From the NCBI RefSeq assembly GCF_000010625.1, contig NC_010296.1, positions 3,780,001 to 3,812,000 on the forward strand: a DNA stretch of 32,000 nt, in the 5' to 3' direction. The notes below the pieces were generated by a model. That model did no database searches. It worked only from the letters and a program-made list of their open reading frames with translations, and was not told the DNA's origin. Position numbers and translations under genes: made by a program. Shown in pieces: positions 8,918 through 16,709 of the stretch (position 1 is the first letter of the stretch; every line of letters starts with the position of its first letter). This DNA comes from Microcystis aeruginosa NIES-843 (GTDB lineage: Bacteria > Cyanobacteriota > Cyanobacteriia > Cyanobacteriales > Microcystaceae).

Positions 8918-9855
8918 AGTAAACAAGCTAGGGGAAATATCAGGTATTCTAGAAAGAATAATTTCCAAATAAATTGGTAAAATCGGCTGATTTCGCTTTT
9001 ATCTTCTAAATTTACCCCGCGACTACGCCACCAAAGAAGAAGAAGTAGGAGCAGATGGGCGACAATGGCCAGGGGAGAATTAATTCCCGTTATCCCCAAG
9101 AGACCGACGGCAATCATCCCTGCATAACATAGAGAAATTGTCAATAGGGAAATTGTTAAGATTTTTTCTGGGCCGAGAAGGAGGGTAAAAGTGGTAATTT
9201 GGTAAATGCGATCGCCTTCTAGGTCGGGAACATCCTTAAAAATAGCGATCGCAACGGTGAAAACAAGAACAAAAGCTGTTAAAACCCAGACTGAGGGATA
9301 GATAGACTGATTTTGATTAATAACTGTGTTGTAGTGGCGAAAAAGACCTAAATTAACGATGACACCCCGGACGGTAAAAATACAGAAGGCTGCCCAGAGG
9401 GGAAAGCGTTTTAACCGCACTGGTGGCAAGGAATAGGCAGTACCGATGAGTAAACTAATCCCCACGGTGATTAACAGCCAAAAACCACCGATAAAAGCCA
9501 GTATGATTGCTAAAATACCGCTAAAACCCACGATTAACCCGCCTGTTAACCGAGAAAATTCGCCCTTGGCTAGGGGAAGCTGGGGTTTATTGATTTTATC
9601 GATGTCGATGTCTTCCAACTGATTTAAACCGACGATATAGACATTACCCGCAAGACAAGCAGTCCAAGTGAGCAATAAAACCGACCAATGGCTAAAAAAA
9701 TCGCTAATATTGCCTAAAGCAATCAAATACAGACTTAAAACACTTAAAGAAGTGCCGATAATCGTATGGGGACGGGAAAATTTCCAGAGACTCCCTAACC
9801 GGTCGAGAAAGTTAGGCCGGGGATGGTTAACTGGAAGAAAAGGAGCTTGATTCAT
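8914..9855 (-). CDS. Homogentisate phytyltransferase (UbiA prenyltransferase family, tocopherol pathway)
   Basis: FSRPHTIIGTSLSV, NVYIVGLNQLEDIDIDKINKPQLPLA, YSLPPVRLKRF, FKDVPDLEGDR and YQFIWKLFFLEYL closely match my recollection of Synechocystis slr1736. The track start at 9909 is a TTG abutting the tRNA, so the ATG at 9855 (MNQAPF) is preferred. Confidence 0.88.
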   Translation of the reverse strand: MNQAPFLPVNHPRPNFLDRLGSLWKFSRPHTIIGTSLSVLSLYLIALGNISDFFSHWSVLLLTWTACLAGNVYIVGLNQLEDIDIDKINKPQLPLAKGEFSRLTGGLIVGFSGILAIILAFIGGFWLLITVGISLLIGTAYSLPPVRLKRFPLWAAFCIFTVRGVIVNLGLFRHYNTVINQNQSIYPSVWVLTAFVLVFTVAIAIFKDVPDLEGDRIYQITTFTLLLGPEKILTISLLTISLCYAGMIAVGLLGITGINSPLAIVAHLLLLLLLWWRSRGVNLEDKSEISRFYQFIWKLFFLEYLIFPLACLL

Positions 9856-9916
9856 AAAAAAAATCAATCCTAGGGCAAGTAATCTGTTAAAATAATAATC
9901 CAGACTCAAACCCTGT

Positions 9917-10003
9917 GGAGAGGTGGCAGAGTGGTTGAATGCGGCAGACTCGAAATCTGCTTTAGGGTCATACCTAACGTGGGTTCAAATCCCACCCTCT
10001 CCG
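9917..10003 (+). tRNA. tRNA-Ser (anticodon CGA), 87 nt, no encoded CCA
   Basis: Hand-folded. Acceptor GGAGAGG/CCTCTCC. Three-bp D stem. Anticodon stem GCAGA/TCTGC with loop CTCGAAA. Long variable arm TTAGG-GTCATA-CCTAA. T arm GTGGG-TTCAAAT-CCCAC. Discriminator G. Confidence 0.93.
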
Positions 10004-10099
10004 TTGAACTGATAATTTATAACTTAGTGCTAGGGTCACACCTAACGTGGGTTCAAATCCCACCCTCTCCGTTGAACTGATAACTTATAACTTAGTGCT
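9964..10099. repeat. 68-bp tandem direct duplication covering the tRNA-Ser 3' 40 nt plus 28 nt of downstream flank
   Basis: Unit 1 (9964-10031) and unit 2 (10032-10099) differ at 2 positions (caTacc/caCacc and taAttt/taActt). Confidence 0.9.
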
Positions 10100-10181
10100 G
10101 TCGTTAAGGAGCTTAAGGGATGTAGCGTTGTCCTGGGTGGTTTCCGCAAGAGCAAAAGCTTTTCCACTCTCCCCCACTTCT

Positions 10182-10844
10182 TCACTTTTTCATTGCCAGG
10201 GTCAAACCATCACCAATAGGAATAATACTGATATTGACCCGTTGATCCTGCTGAATTTTGGCATTAAGTGAACGGATAATTTTGGTGCGATTATCGGTGC
10301 TATCGGCCGCCGCTACTCGTCCCGACCAAAAAACATTATCGATGGCGATAATTCCGCCGCTTCTGACCAATTGTAACGCCCGTTCGTAGTAGGGATCATA
10401 ATTACTTTTATCGGCATCGATAAAGACAAAATCAAAACTATTACTTTCTCCCCCGGCGATTAATTGATCTAAAGTCTCCAGGGCCGGGGCAATTCTTAAA
10501 TCGATTTTATCGGCGACACCGGCCTGCTGCCAATAACGGCGGGCTATACTGGTATATTCTTCCCTTAGATCACAGGCGATCAGCTTGCCTTCTGGGGGTA
10601 AAGCTAAGGCTACCACTAGAGAACTATAACCGGTAAAAACCCCTATTTCTAGGGTTTTTTTCGCCCCGATCGCCTGTACCAAAAAAGCCATAAACTGACC
10701 TTGTTCGGGGGCAATCTGCATGACTGCCAGGGGTTGAGAGGCAGTTTCTTGACGTAATTGAGCTAAAATAGGAGGTTCTCGCAGACAGATAGATTGATAA
10801 TAGGAATAAAATTGTTGATCGAGTCCAAGAGTTTGATTAGCCAT
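10182..10844 (-). CDS. Class I SAM-dependent O-methyltransferase (caffeoyl-CoA O-methyltransferase family 3)
   Basis: KKTLEIGVFTGYSSL, FDFVFIDADKSNY and GGIIAIDNVFWSGRV are family-3 O-MT motifs. The start at ATG 10844 (MANQTLGLDQQFYSYYQ) fits the family N-terminus. The longer 10952 start would overlap the divergent cheA-like gene. Confidence 0.82.
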   Translation of the reverse strand: MANQTLGLDQQFYSYYQSICLREPPILAQLRQETASQPLAVMQIAPEQGQFMAFLVQAIGAKKTLEIGVFTGYSSLVVALALPPEGKLIACDLREEYTSIARRYWQQAGVADKIDLRIAPALETLDQLIAGGESNSFDFVFIDADKSNYDPYYERALQLVRSGGIIAIDNVFWSGRVAAADSTDNRTKIIRSLNAKIQQDQRVNISIIPIGDGLTLAMKK

Positions 10845-10950
10845 AAAAAAATTGCTAAAGGATAGAGTTATCGAGTAAAATTCTGGGTAATCTGAAGCTA
10901 GAGAGAGCGTATTGGTTGACCAAAAAGGAAGACTTGGCAGGAAGCAAATC

Positions 10951-13900
10951 ATGATGAAACCCGACTCGGATCATCTCTTTAACGAGGATCTCGAACAGCT
11001 GTTAGAGAGTTTAGAAGACAAAGACGCCGACGGTGACGAGGCTCTAGAGGAACTGTTTGGCGATAGTATCAATTGGGAAGAATCCGCCACTAATGATCTT
11101 TATTCTACCCCCGGACCGGCTCCCAAGTTAGAACCGGAAGATGGGGATGATCTCGAATCTCTGCTGCTAGAAAACGCGGTGGTCCTGGACTCAGAAGCAA
11201 TTATAGCCATCGGCAACCCCAATTTTTACGACAGCCTCGAAGACTTAGAAGCTTTTCTGGAAAAACCCACGCCACCGGCGCAACCGCCACTACCAGACAT
11301 CTTTGAATCCCTAGAGGCCTTCCTCTGGGAATCCCCAGCAGTGGACTGGGTGGCCGCGGTGGAACCTCTGAAAGGGTTAGAATCACTGGAAATTGCCCCA
11401 GAAAGCCTCCTAGAGGATGAATTCAAGGATTTAGAAAAACTCCTCGAAGAAACCAATCAGGTGATGGCAGCAAATCCGGCGGCCAGTGTCAGTCCGCCAG
11501 TCGGGTCAAAAAACCTGCGTCCCCTTGTCAGTAAAGCTTTTGAACAGACGATGCGGGTGCCGATCAAACAATTGGATAACCTCAGCAATCTGATCGGGGA
11601 ACTGGTGGTTAAACGCAATCGCCTTGAAGAGGAACAGGATCGCCTGCGTCTCTTTTTAGATAATTTGCTAACCTGCGTCCAACATCTGGGTGATGTGGGC
11701 AGTCGGATGCAGGATCTCTATGAAAGAAGCCTCCTAGAAGGGGCTTTACTGGCTAGTCGCAATTCCGGTGGTGCCATCGGTTACGGTAGAGTTCAGGGAG
11801 AAAATCAGGGGGATTCGGCCATGGCCGGCGAACTAGATGCCCTAGAGATCGACCGTTTTACCGATTTCCATTTATTATCCCAAGAGATGATCGAATTGAT
11901 CGTACGAGTGCGAGAATCGGCCTCTGATCTTCAATTTGTCGTCGATGAAACCGATCAGGTGACGCGCAGTCTGCGACAGGCCACCACCCAACTACAGGAA
12001 GGGATGACCAAATCGCGCATGGTTCCCTTTAGTCAAGCCGCCGATCGCCTACCCCGGGCAATTCGCGATATTTCCCTGAAACTCGATAAACAAGCCAAAT
12101 TAAAAGTGGAAGGGGGTGATGTTCTCATCGATAAGATGCTCCTCGAACATCTCAATAGTCCCATGACCCATCTGGTCAACAATGCGATCACCCACGGCAT
12201 TGAATCACCCCAAGAACGTATGGCCAAAGGGAAACCTGCCCTCGGAACCATCTCTGTCCGGGCATTCCTACAGGGGAATCAAACCGTGATCACCGTTGGT
12301 GATGATGGGGCTGGTATTGATGCTGATCAGGTGAAACGCAAGGCGATCGAAAAAGGCCTGATCGGCGATCAGGAAGCTGAACACCTCAGTCCCCAAGAAG
12401 TCTATAAACTCCTCTTTCACCCTGGTTTTAGTACCAAAGATCAGGCCGATGATTTTGCTGGTCGTGGGGTGGGTTTAGATGTGGTGCAGACCAGTTTAAT
12501 CGATGTGCGCGGGACCGTTACTATTGACTCGGTACTGGGCAAAGGAAGCACTTTTACCATCCGTTTACCCCTAACCCTGAGTATCTGTAAGGCCCTCTGT
12601 TGTGTTAGTAATCATGCGCGCATCGGGTTCTCCATGGACGGAGTGGAAGATATGAAGGATTTCCGGTCCAGCGATATCCAAATGGATAGGGAGGGACGGC
12701 GCTGCGTTTTCTGGCAAAATACTTTACTACCCTTCCAACCCTTGAGCGAATTGCTTTCCTACAATCGGCAACTAAGTCGCGGTAGTTTTTATACTGGCAA
12801 ACAGGAGCAAGACTCTTTTTCGATCGTGATCCTGCGCGGTGGTAATAATCTCCTCGCAGTACAGGTGGATCAAGTGATCGGTGAACTGGAAATCGTCATC
12901 AAACAGATCGAAGGACCGATTCCGAAAACGGCTGGGATTGCTGGGGCGACGGTTTTGGGCGATGGTACGGTGATGCCGATCGGGGATGTGTTAGAGTTAA
13001 TCGACATCGCCAGGGGTCGTCTGCGTACCGATAACGGTGGTCTTTGGCGCCAACCTGCCCCCCCCGTAGGGGTGGAAACTAGGCAAAAATCGGGGGCTAT
13101 GGTTCTGATTGTCGATGATTCGATTACTGTCCGGGGATTGCTCTCTTTAAGCTTTAGTAAAGCCGGTTATCGTGTGGAACAGGCCCGGGATGGTCAAGAA
13201 GCTTGGGAAAAATTACGCGGCGGTTTGCCCTGTGATATCGTTTTCTGCGATATCGAGATGCCCCGCATGAATGGCCTAGAATTACTGTATAATTTGCAAA
13301 AAGACCCCCGATTAGCGTCGATTCCCGTGGCTTTATTGACTTCCCGAGGAGCGGAACGTCATCGTCAGGTGGCGGCGACATTAGGGGCCAGTGGTTATTT
13401 TACCAAGCCCTACACGGAAAGAGATTTACTCTCGGCGGCTGAAAGAATGATTGCGGGGGAAGTGTTACTAGCTAATAGTATTAAAGCGACTCGTAATCAG
13501 CCTTTATCCCCCGATGCAACGATTATTGACAGTAATCCCGCTAATTTCTTTGCACAATCGACTCCTCGGGTCTTGATTGTCGATGATTCGGTAACGGCGC
13601 GGGAAATGTTAGCGATTTCTTTGGTGAAAGCTGGTTATCGCATTGAAGAGGCCCGAGACGGTTTAGAAGCATGGGAAAAATTACGGGCTGGATTAGCTTG
13701 TGATCTGATTCTCTGCGATCTCGAAATGCCTCGCCTGAATGGGTTAGAATTGCTCTCTCGTCTGCAAGAGGATGAACAACTTCAGGGGATACCAGTAGCG
13801 ATGATTACCTCGCGAGGGTCGCAAAAAATGCAGCATCTCGCCGCTGCTAAAGGGGCAAAAGGTTATTTTGTCAAGCCCTATATTGAGGATGTTTTACTGT

Positions 13901-13962
13901 CGGCAGCCCAACGTTTAATCGCTGGTGAGGTGTTAATCCAAAAAGACAGTCCCGCGGATTAA
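10951..13962 (+). CDS. CheA-like hybrid histidine kinase: acidic N-terminal region, dimerisation domain, HATPase domain, CheW-like domain and two receiver domains; no recognisable Hpt (PilL-C-like)
   Basis: FEQTMRVPIKQLDNLSNLIGELVV (CheA dimerisation region). HLVNNAITHGIE...GDDGAGID...GRGVGLDVV (HATPase). A CheW-like segment at about 12600-13010. Two REC domains (VLIVDDS...CDIEMPRMNG...TKP and VLIVDDS...CDLEMPRLNG...VKP). The track start at 10912 is a TTG. ATG 10951 has AGGAAG 8 nt upstream. Confidence 0.88.
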   Translation: MMKPDSDHLFNEDLEQLLESLEDKDADGDEALEELFGDSINWEESATNDLYSTPGPAPKLEPEDGDDLESLLLENAVVLDSEAIIAIGNPNFYDSLEDLEAFLEKPTPPAQPPLPDIFESLEAFLWESPAVDWVAAVEPLKGLESLEIAPESLLEDEFKDLEKLLEETNQVMAANPAASVSPPVGSKNLRPLVSKAFEQTMRVPIKQLDNLSNLIGELVVKRNRLEEEQDRLRLFLDNLLTCVQHLGDVGSRMQDLYERSLLEGALLASRNSGGAIGYGRVQGENQGDSAMAGELDALEIDRFTDFHLLSQEMIELIVRVRESASDLQFVVDETDQVTRSLRQATTQLQEGMTKSRMVPFSQAADRLPRAIRDISLKLDKQAKLKVEGGDVLIDKMLLEHLNSPMTHLVNNAITHGIESPQERMAKGKPALGTISVRAFLQGNQTVITVGDDGAGIDADQVKRKAIEKGLIGDQEAEHLSPQEVYKLLFHPGFSTKDQADDFAGRGVGLDVVQTSLIDVRGTVTIDSVLGKGSTFTIRLPLTLSICKALCCVSNHARIGFSMDGVEDMKDFRSSDIQMDREGRRCVFWQNTLLPFQPLSELLSYNRQLSRGSFYTGKQEQDSFSIVILRGGNNLLAVQVDQVIGELEIVIKQIEGPIPKTAGIAGATVLGDGTVMPIGDVLELIDIARGRLRTDNGGLWRQPAPPVGVETRQKSGAMVLIVDDSITVRGLLSLSFSKAGYRVEQARDGQEAWEKLRGGLPCDIVFCDIEMPRMNGLELLYNLQKDPRLASIPVALLTSRGAERHRQVAATLGASGYFTKPYTERDLLSAAERMIAGEVLLANSIKATRNQPLSPDATIIDSNPANFFAQSTPRVLIVDDSVTAREMLAISLVKAGYRIEEARDGLEAWEKLRAGLACDLILCDLEMPRLNGLELLSRLQEDEQLQGIPVAMITSRGSQKMQHLAAAKGAKGYFVKPYIEDVLLSAAQRLIAGEVLIQKDSPAD

Positions 13963-13974
13963 GTTCAGTTGGAG

Positions 13975-14373
13975 TTAAGTTTTATCGAGGAGAATTTCCA
14001 CTAAGGTTTTTACCGTTTTCTCTAACTGTTCGACGCGCTGCTCTAAACTAAGAGAAAGACCGGGAGGTTTTAAACCATGAATCGCTTGCAAAAATGCCTC
14101 CCATCCCTTTGAGCATTTAATATTGTAGGCTTCTTTATAGGCTTTATAGGCATTATTATAGTTACCGTAAAGGGAGATAATATCATCTTTAGTTAAATTT
14201 CCTTCAGGCAAAGACTTATGGGCAATATTCAAATTTTGCTCGCTTAAACTATTTAAAACTTCTTGCAAGCGGACAGTCAAAGTGGCCGTAATTCCGTAAA
14301 CTTGGGCGGCATTTTTTAGCTCCTGCTGGTGCAAATCTTCTAGGTTAGCAATTAATTTACTGATTCTAGACAT
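13975..14373 (-). CDS. Hypothetical protein (132 aa, helical / coiled-coil C-terminus)
   Basis: ATG-initiated ORF, co-oriented with its neighbours. I recognise no motif. Confidence 0.45.
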   Translation of the reverse strand: MSRISKLIANLEDLHQQELKNAAQVYGITATLTVRLQEVLNSLSEQNLNIAHKSLPEGNLTKDDIISLYGNYNNAYKAYKEAYNIKCSKGWEAFLQAIHGLKPPGLSLSLEQRVEQLEKTVKTLVEILLDKT

Positions 14374-14397
14374 GATTGATTTTACTCCTTAACTGAT

Positions 14398-15138
14398 TTA
14401 TTTATCTAGCAAAGATTTGTTGATATTTGACTGACCACTCCCCATTTGTGGCCGGTCAGGATCGGAGGGCAAGTTATTATTGATCGAACCAAAATCTTCC
14501 CAGTTATCATCGAGAAATAGAGATTTCACTAAAGTCCATAAAATAGTTAGGGTTAGCTGAATAAATCTAAAAACCTTGTTGGGTAAGACTTTTAGACTTT
14601 TTGTCAATCAAAAAGTACCAGATATGGGAGTGGTCGGGGGGAAAATTCCGGGACTTTTTCCCTGAAAATTAGGTAATTTACCCGATGAAAATGGGTAAAA
14701 CCCCACACCCCACACCCCACACCCTACACCCTGCCCCTAGGAAAAACTTTTTCAGCAGACCCTAGTTAGCTTTCCATATACAGACTTGGTACTACGGACA
14801 TTATGGGCCGCCACTTTTACTTCCATTTCAATCTGCTTTAATTCAGCAATAACTTTCTCTCGCTCCGCCGTAATTTTGGCTTTTTCTTCAGTTAAATTCC
14901 GCATTTCTGAAGTTAAAGAATCTAATTCTTTTTGCAGGTCAACATTAGTGGCAGATATTTCAACAATTTGGTCTTTTAAATGACTGTTATCATCTCGATA
15001 TTGCTGATTCCATCGTTTATATTGTCCTTGAGAGCTTCGCAGGGACTTAATTACAGCAACAGCTTCTTGTAACTCCCGATTATCTGGATAATTTCTGGCT
15101 AGTTTATAGAGAGAATCTACTCGAGCGTCGATATCCAT
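14398..15138 (-). pseudogene. Coiled-coil hypothetical gene interrupted in frame by a MITE (N-terminal fragment 15138-14752, C-terminal fragment about 14543-14398)
   Basis: Both track ORFs (14752-15138 and 14398-14607) are in the same frame. The upstream ORF takes its last 3 codons and its TGA from the MITE terminus. The downstream ORF starts only at a TTG inside the MITE. Deleting 219 bp (MITE plus one TAGTTA copy) gives a continuous 173-codon ORF. Confidence 0.6.
14550..14762. mobile_element. MITE-like element, copy 2 (213 bp)
   Basis: Inverted termini are GGGTTAGCTGAA (14550-14561) and TTCAGCAGACCC (14751-14762). It is flanked by TAGTTA on both sides (14544-14549 and 14763-14768) and is collinear with 3661-4007. 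Confidence 0.8.
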
Positions 15139-15193
15139 GTTTATCTACCTCTTTGCCTAGATAATCTTATGATACCCAAGCTTACCGATAAAA

Positions 15194-15946
15194 TTAACCC
15201 GAAGAACCAGCCTTTTGGAAAATCATTAAATGTTGTTGGGGCAAAGTCTCGATGATTTCTTCTGGCAGTAAACCAACAGCGGCCATTTCTTTTTCTACCT
15301 GTCTGCGGGTCATTTTATGAAGGGCCTTGATGGGAATCAGGGGATTTTCACGACGGTATTCTACTAATACCACCCTACCATCGGGTTTTAAGGATTTGAC
15401 CAGATTCTCCATCATCTCGCGGGGAGAGGAAAACTCGTGATAAGCATCGACCATTAAAGCTAAATCGATCGCATTTATAGGCAATTTGGGATCGGTTTCT
15501 GTAGCGAGAATTGTGGTGACATTCTTAACTTGATTTTCCTCGGCTAAAAAATCAATTGCCCCTAACATTTCCGGTTGCACATCGACGGCGAAAACTTGCT
15601 CTACTAAATTCGCCATAGGAAAACTCAAATAACCTGTCCCCGCGCCGATATCTGCCACTAGGTCTGTGGGTTTTAAATGTAGTGCGGTGATCAGATCATC
15701 GGGTTTTTCCGTGAAACGGCGACTAGGACGTTCTAACCATAACATTTCTTGGTGTCCCATGACTTTAGCGATTTCCCGTCCTAGATAAAATTTACCGATA
15801 CCATCGCGACTATGAAGCGCTCGAATCTGATAATATTCCTCTTGCGCTAAAACTGAAGCATCGTAGGTAAGATTTAATAATCCGAAACCGCAAAAAACCA
15901 CTATTAGAAACGAGACAATTAAGAAAAATTTTTGCTTAAACAGCAT
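15194..15946 (-). CDS. Class I SAM-dependent methyltransferase with an N-terminal membrane anchor or signal sequence
   Basis: VADIGAGTGYLSF (SAM motif I) and LKPDGRVVLVEY. The track start at 16021 is a TTG. ATG 15946 gives MLFKQKFFLIVSFLIVVFCGFGLL, a hydrophobic N-terminus. Confidence 0.78.
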   Translation of the reverse strand: MLFKQKFFLIVSFLIVVFCGFGLLNLTYDASVLAQEEYYQIRALHSRDGIGKFYLGREIAKVMGHQEMLWLERPSRRFTEKPDDLITALHLKPTDLVADIGAGTGYLSFPMANLVEQVFAVDVQPEMLGAIDFLAEENQVKNVTTILATETDPKLPINAIDLALMVDAYHEFSSPREMMENLVKSLKPDGRVVLVEYRRENPLIPIKALHKMTRRQVEKEMAAVGLLPEEIIETLPQQHLMIFQKAGSSG

Positions 15947-16026
15947 CGGGATTAAAAACGGTGGGCTAGAAAAAATAAATTCCCCGTCCGGGACAGGGAA
16001 AAAATCCGTCTTGATCAACAAAACAA

Positions 16027-16518
16027 TTAATCCAAAAATCCCATTAAAGTTTCGGGATCATCGATTTCATTGGAAGCAACGGGACGATTACCCATGACTG
16101 TATAAGTTTCGCTAATGTGCAGATGACTGAGAGCGATCGGACGATTGCCAGAAATCGCTAGAGTGCTACTGACTTCCATACCACTAGAGCCGACAGGACG
16201 CAATCCACCGACGGAAGAATAGGTACTAACCACTTTCAGATGGCTAACTTCCACGGGACGGCTCCCGGGTAACATTTCATCTTCCGTGAAGTGAAGATGG
16301 CTAGTACCAACAGGACGATTTTCGGGTAAGCGATGTTCAGGTTGATAGAATTTTAAGGCTTTGGAAGCCGATTCAGCGTTGTTTTTCACCGAAAGGGCGA
16401 CCACTTCTTTATCTTTGGCGGTTTTAGCCGTAGTAGCTTTACCGCGTGGGCTGCTGGTCTTTTCTTCTGTGGTTGCTGGGGTTTGAGTCCCGTTCGTTTC
16501 TAGATTTTCCACCGTCAT
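16027..16518 (-). CDS. Hypothetical repeat protein (163 aa) with five degenerate [GN]RP[VI]-x2-3-S-H-L repeats
   Basis: ATG start. Repeats are ENRPVGTSHLHF, GSRPVEVSHLKV, GLRPVGSSGMEV, GNRPIALSHLHI and GNRPVASNEIDD, spaced about 19-22 aa apart, after a Lys/Thr-rich disordered N-terminus. Confidence 0.6.
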   Translation of the reverse strand: MTVENLETNGTQTPATTEEKTSSPRGKATTAKTAKDKEVVALSVKNNAESASKALKFYQPEHRLPENRPVGTSHLHFTEDEMLPGSRPVEVSHLKVVSTYSSVGGLRPVGSSGMEVSSTLAISGNRPIALSHLHISETYTVMGNRPVASNEIDDPETLMGFLD

Positions 16519-16709
16519 AACCTGATACTCCTTTCCGTTAATAGCTTCGGGAAAACAATAAGATTTAAGTTTAGGGTATTCTCGAAGACTTTTAATCTTT
16601 TTTTAAAATCCTCTCTAATATTAAGATACATCTTTCTTTCCCAAAACCCTATCAGTGTTGGTAATTTGATTGATAATTTATTTTGCCTGTTCTCTACACC
16701 TAGCCGCTA

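Noticed and set aside
8918-8968. TTG/GTG-extended N-termini in the ORF track (8968, 9909, 10912, 16021, 26545, 14607) and the ATG-extended start at 10952
   Set aside because: These upstream starts are mostly non-ATG. They add non-conserved residues, collide with neighbouring genes or the tRNA, and mask better internal ATGs that give signal peptides or family-typical N-termini.
9964-10099. Reading the duplicated tRNA 3' end as the boundaries of a resident genomic island
   Set aside because: The two copies are directly adjacent with no intervening DNA, and there is no integrase nearby. At most this is a scar, so it is reported as a lower-confidence finding instead.
10047-10271. 74-aa plus-strand ORF starting MGSNPTLSVE
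   Set aside because: It begins inside the duplicated tRNA-Ser 3' fragment and runs antisense into the O-methyltransferase gene. It is an artefact of the tRNA duplication.
11201-11456. Minus-strand ORFs 11201-11386 and 11226-11456, and others inside the cheA-like gene (12033-12251, 13154-13381)
   Set aside because: They are antisense to a long, motif-rich CDS, and their composition (Ser/Arg/Gly-rich) is typical of antisense frames.
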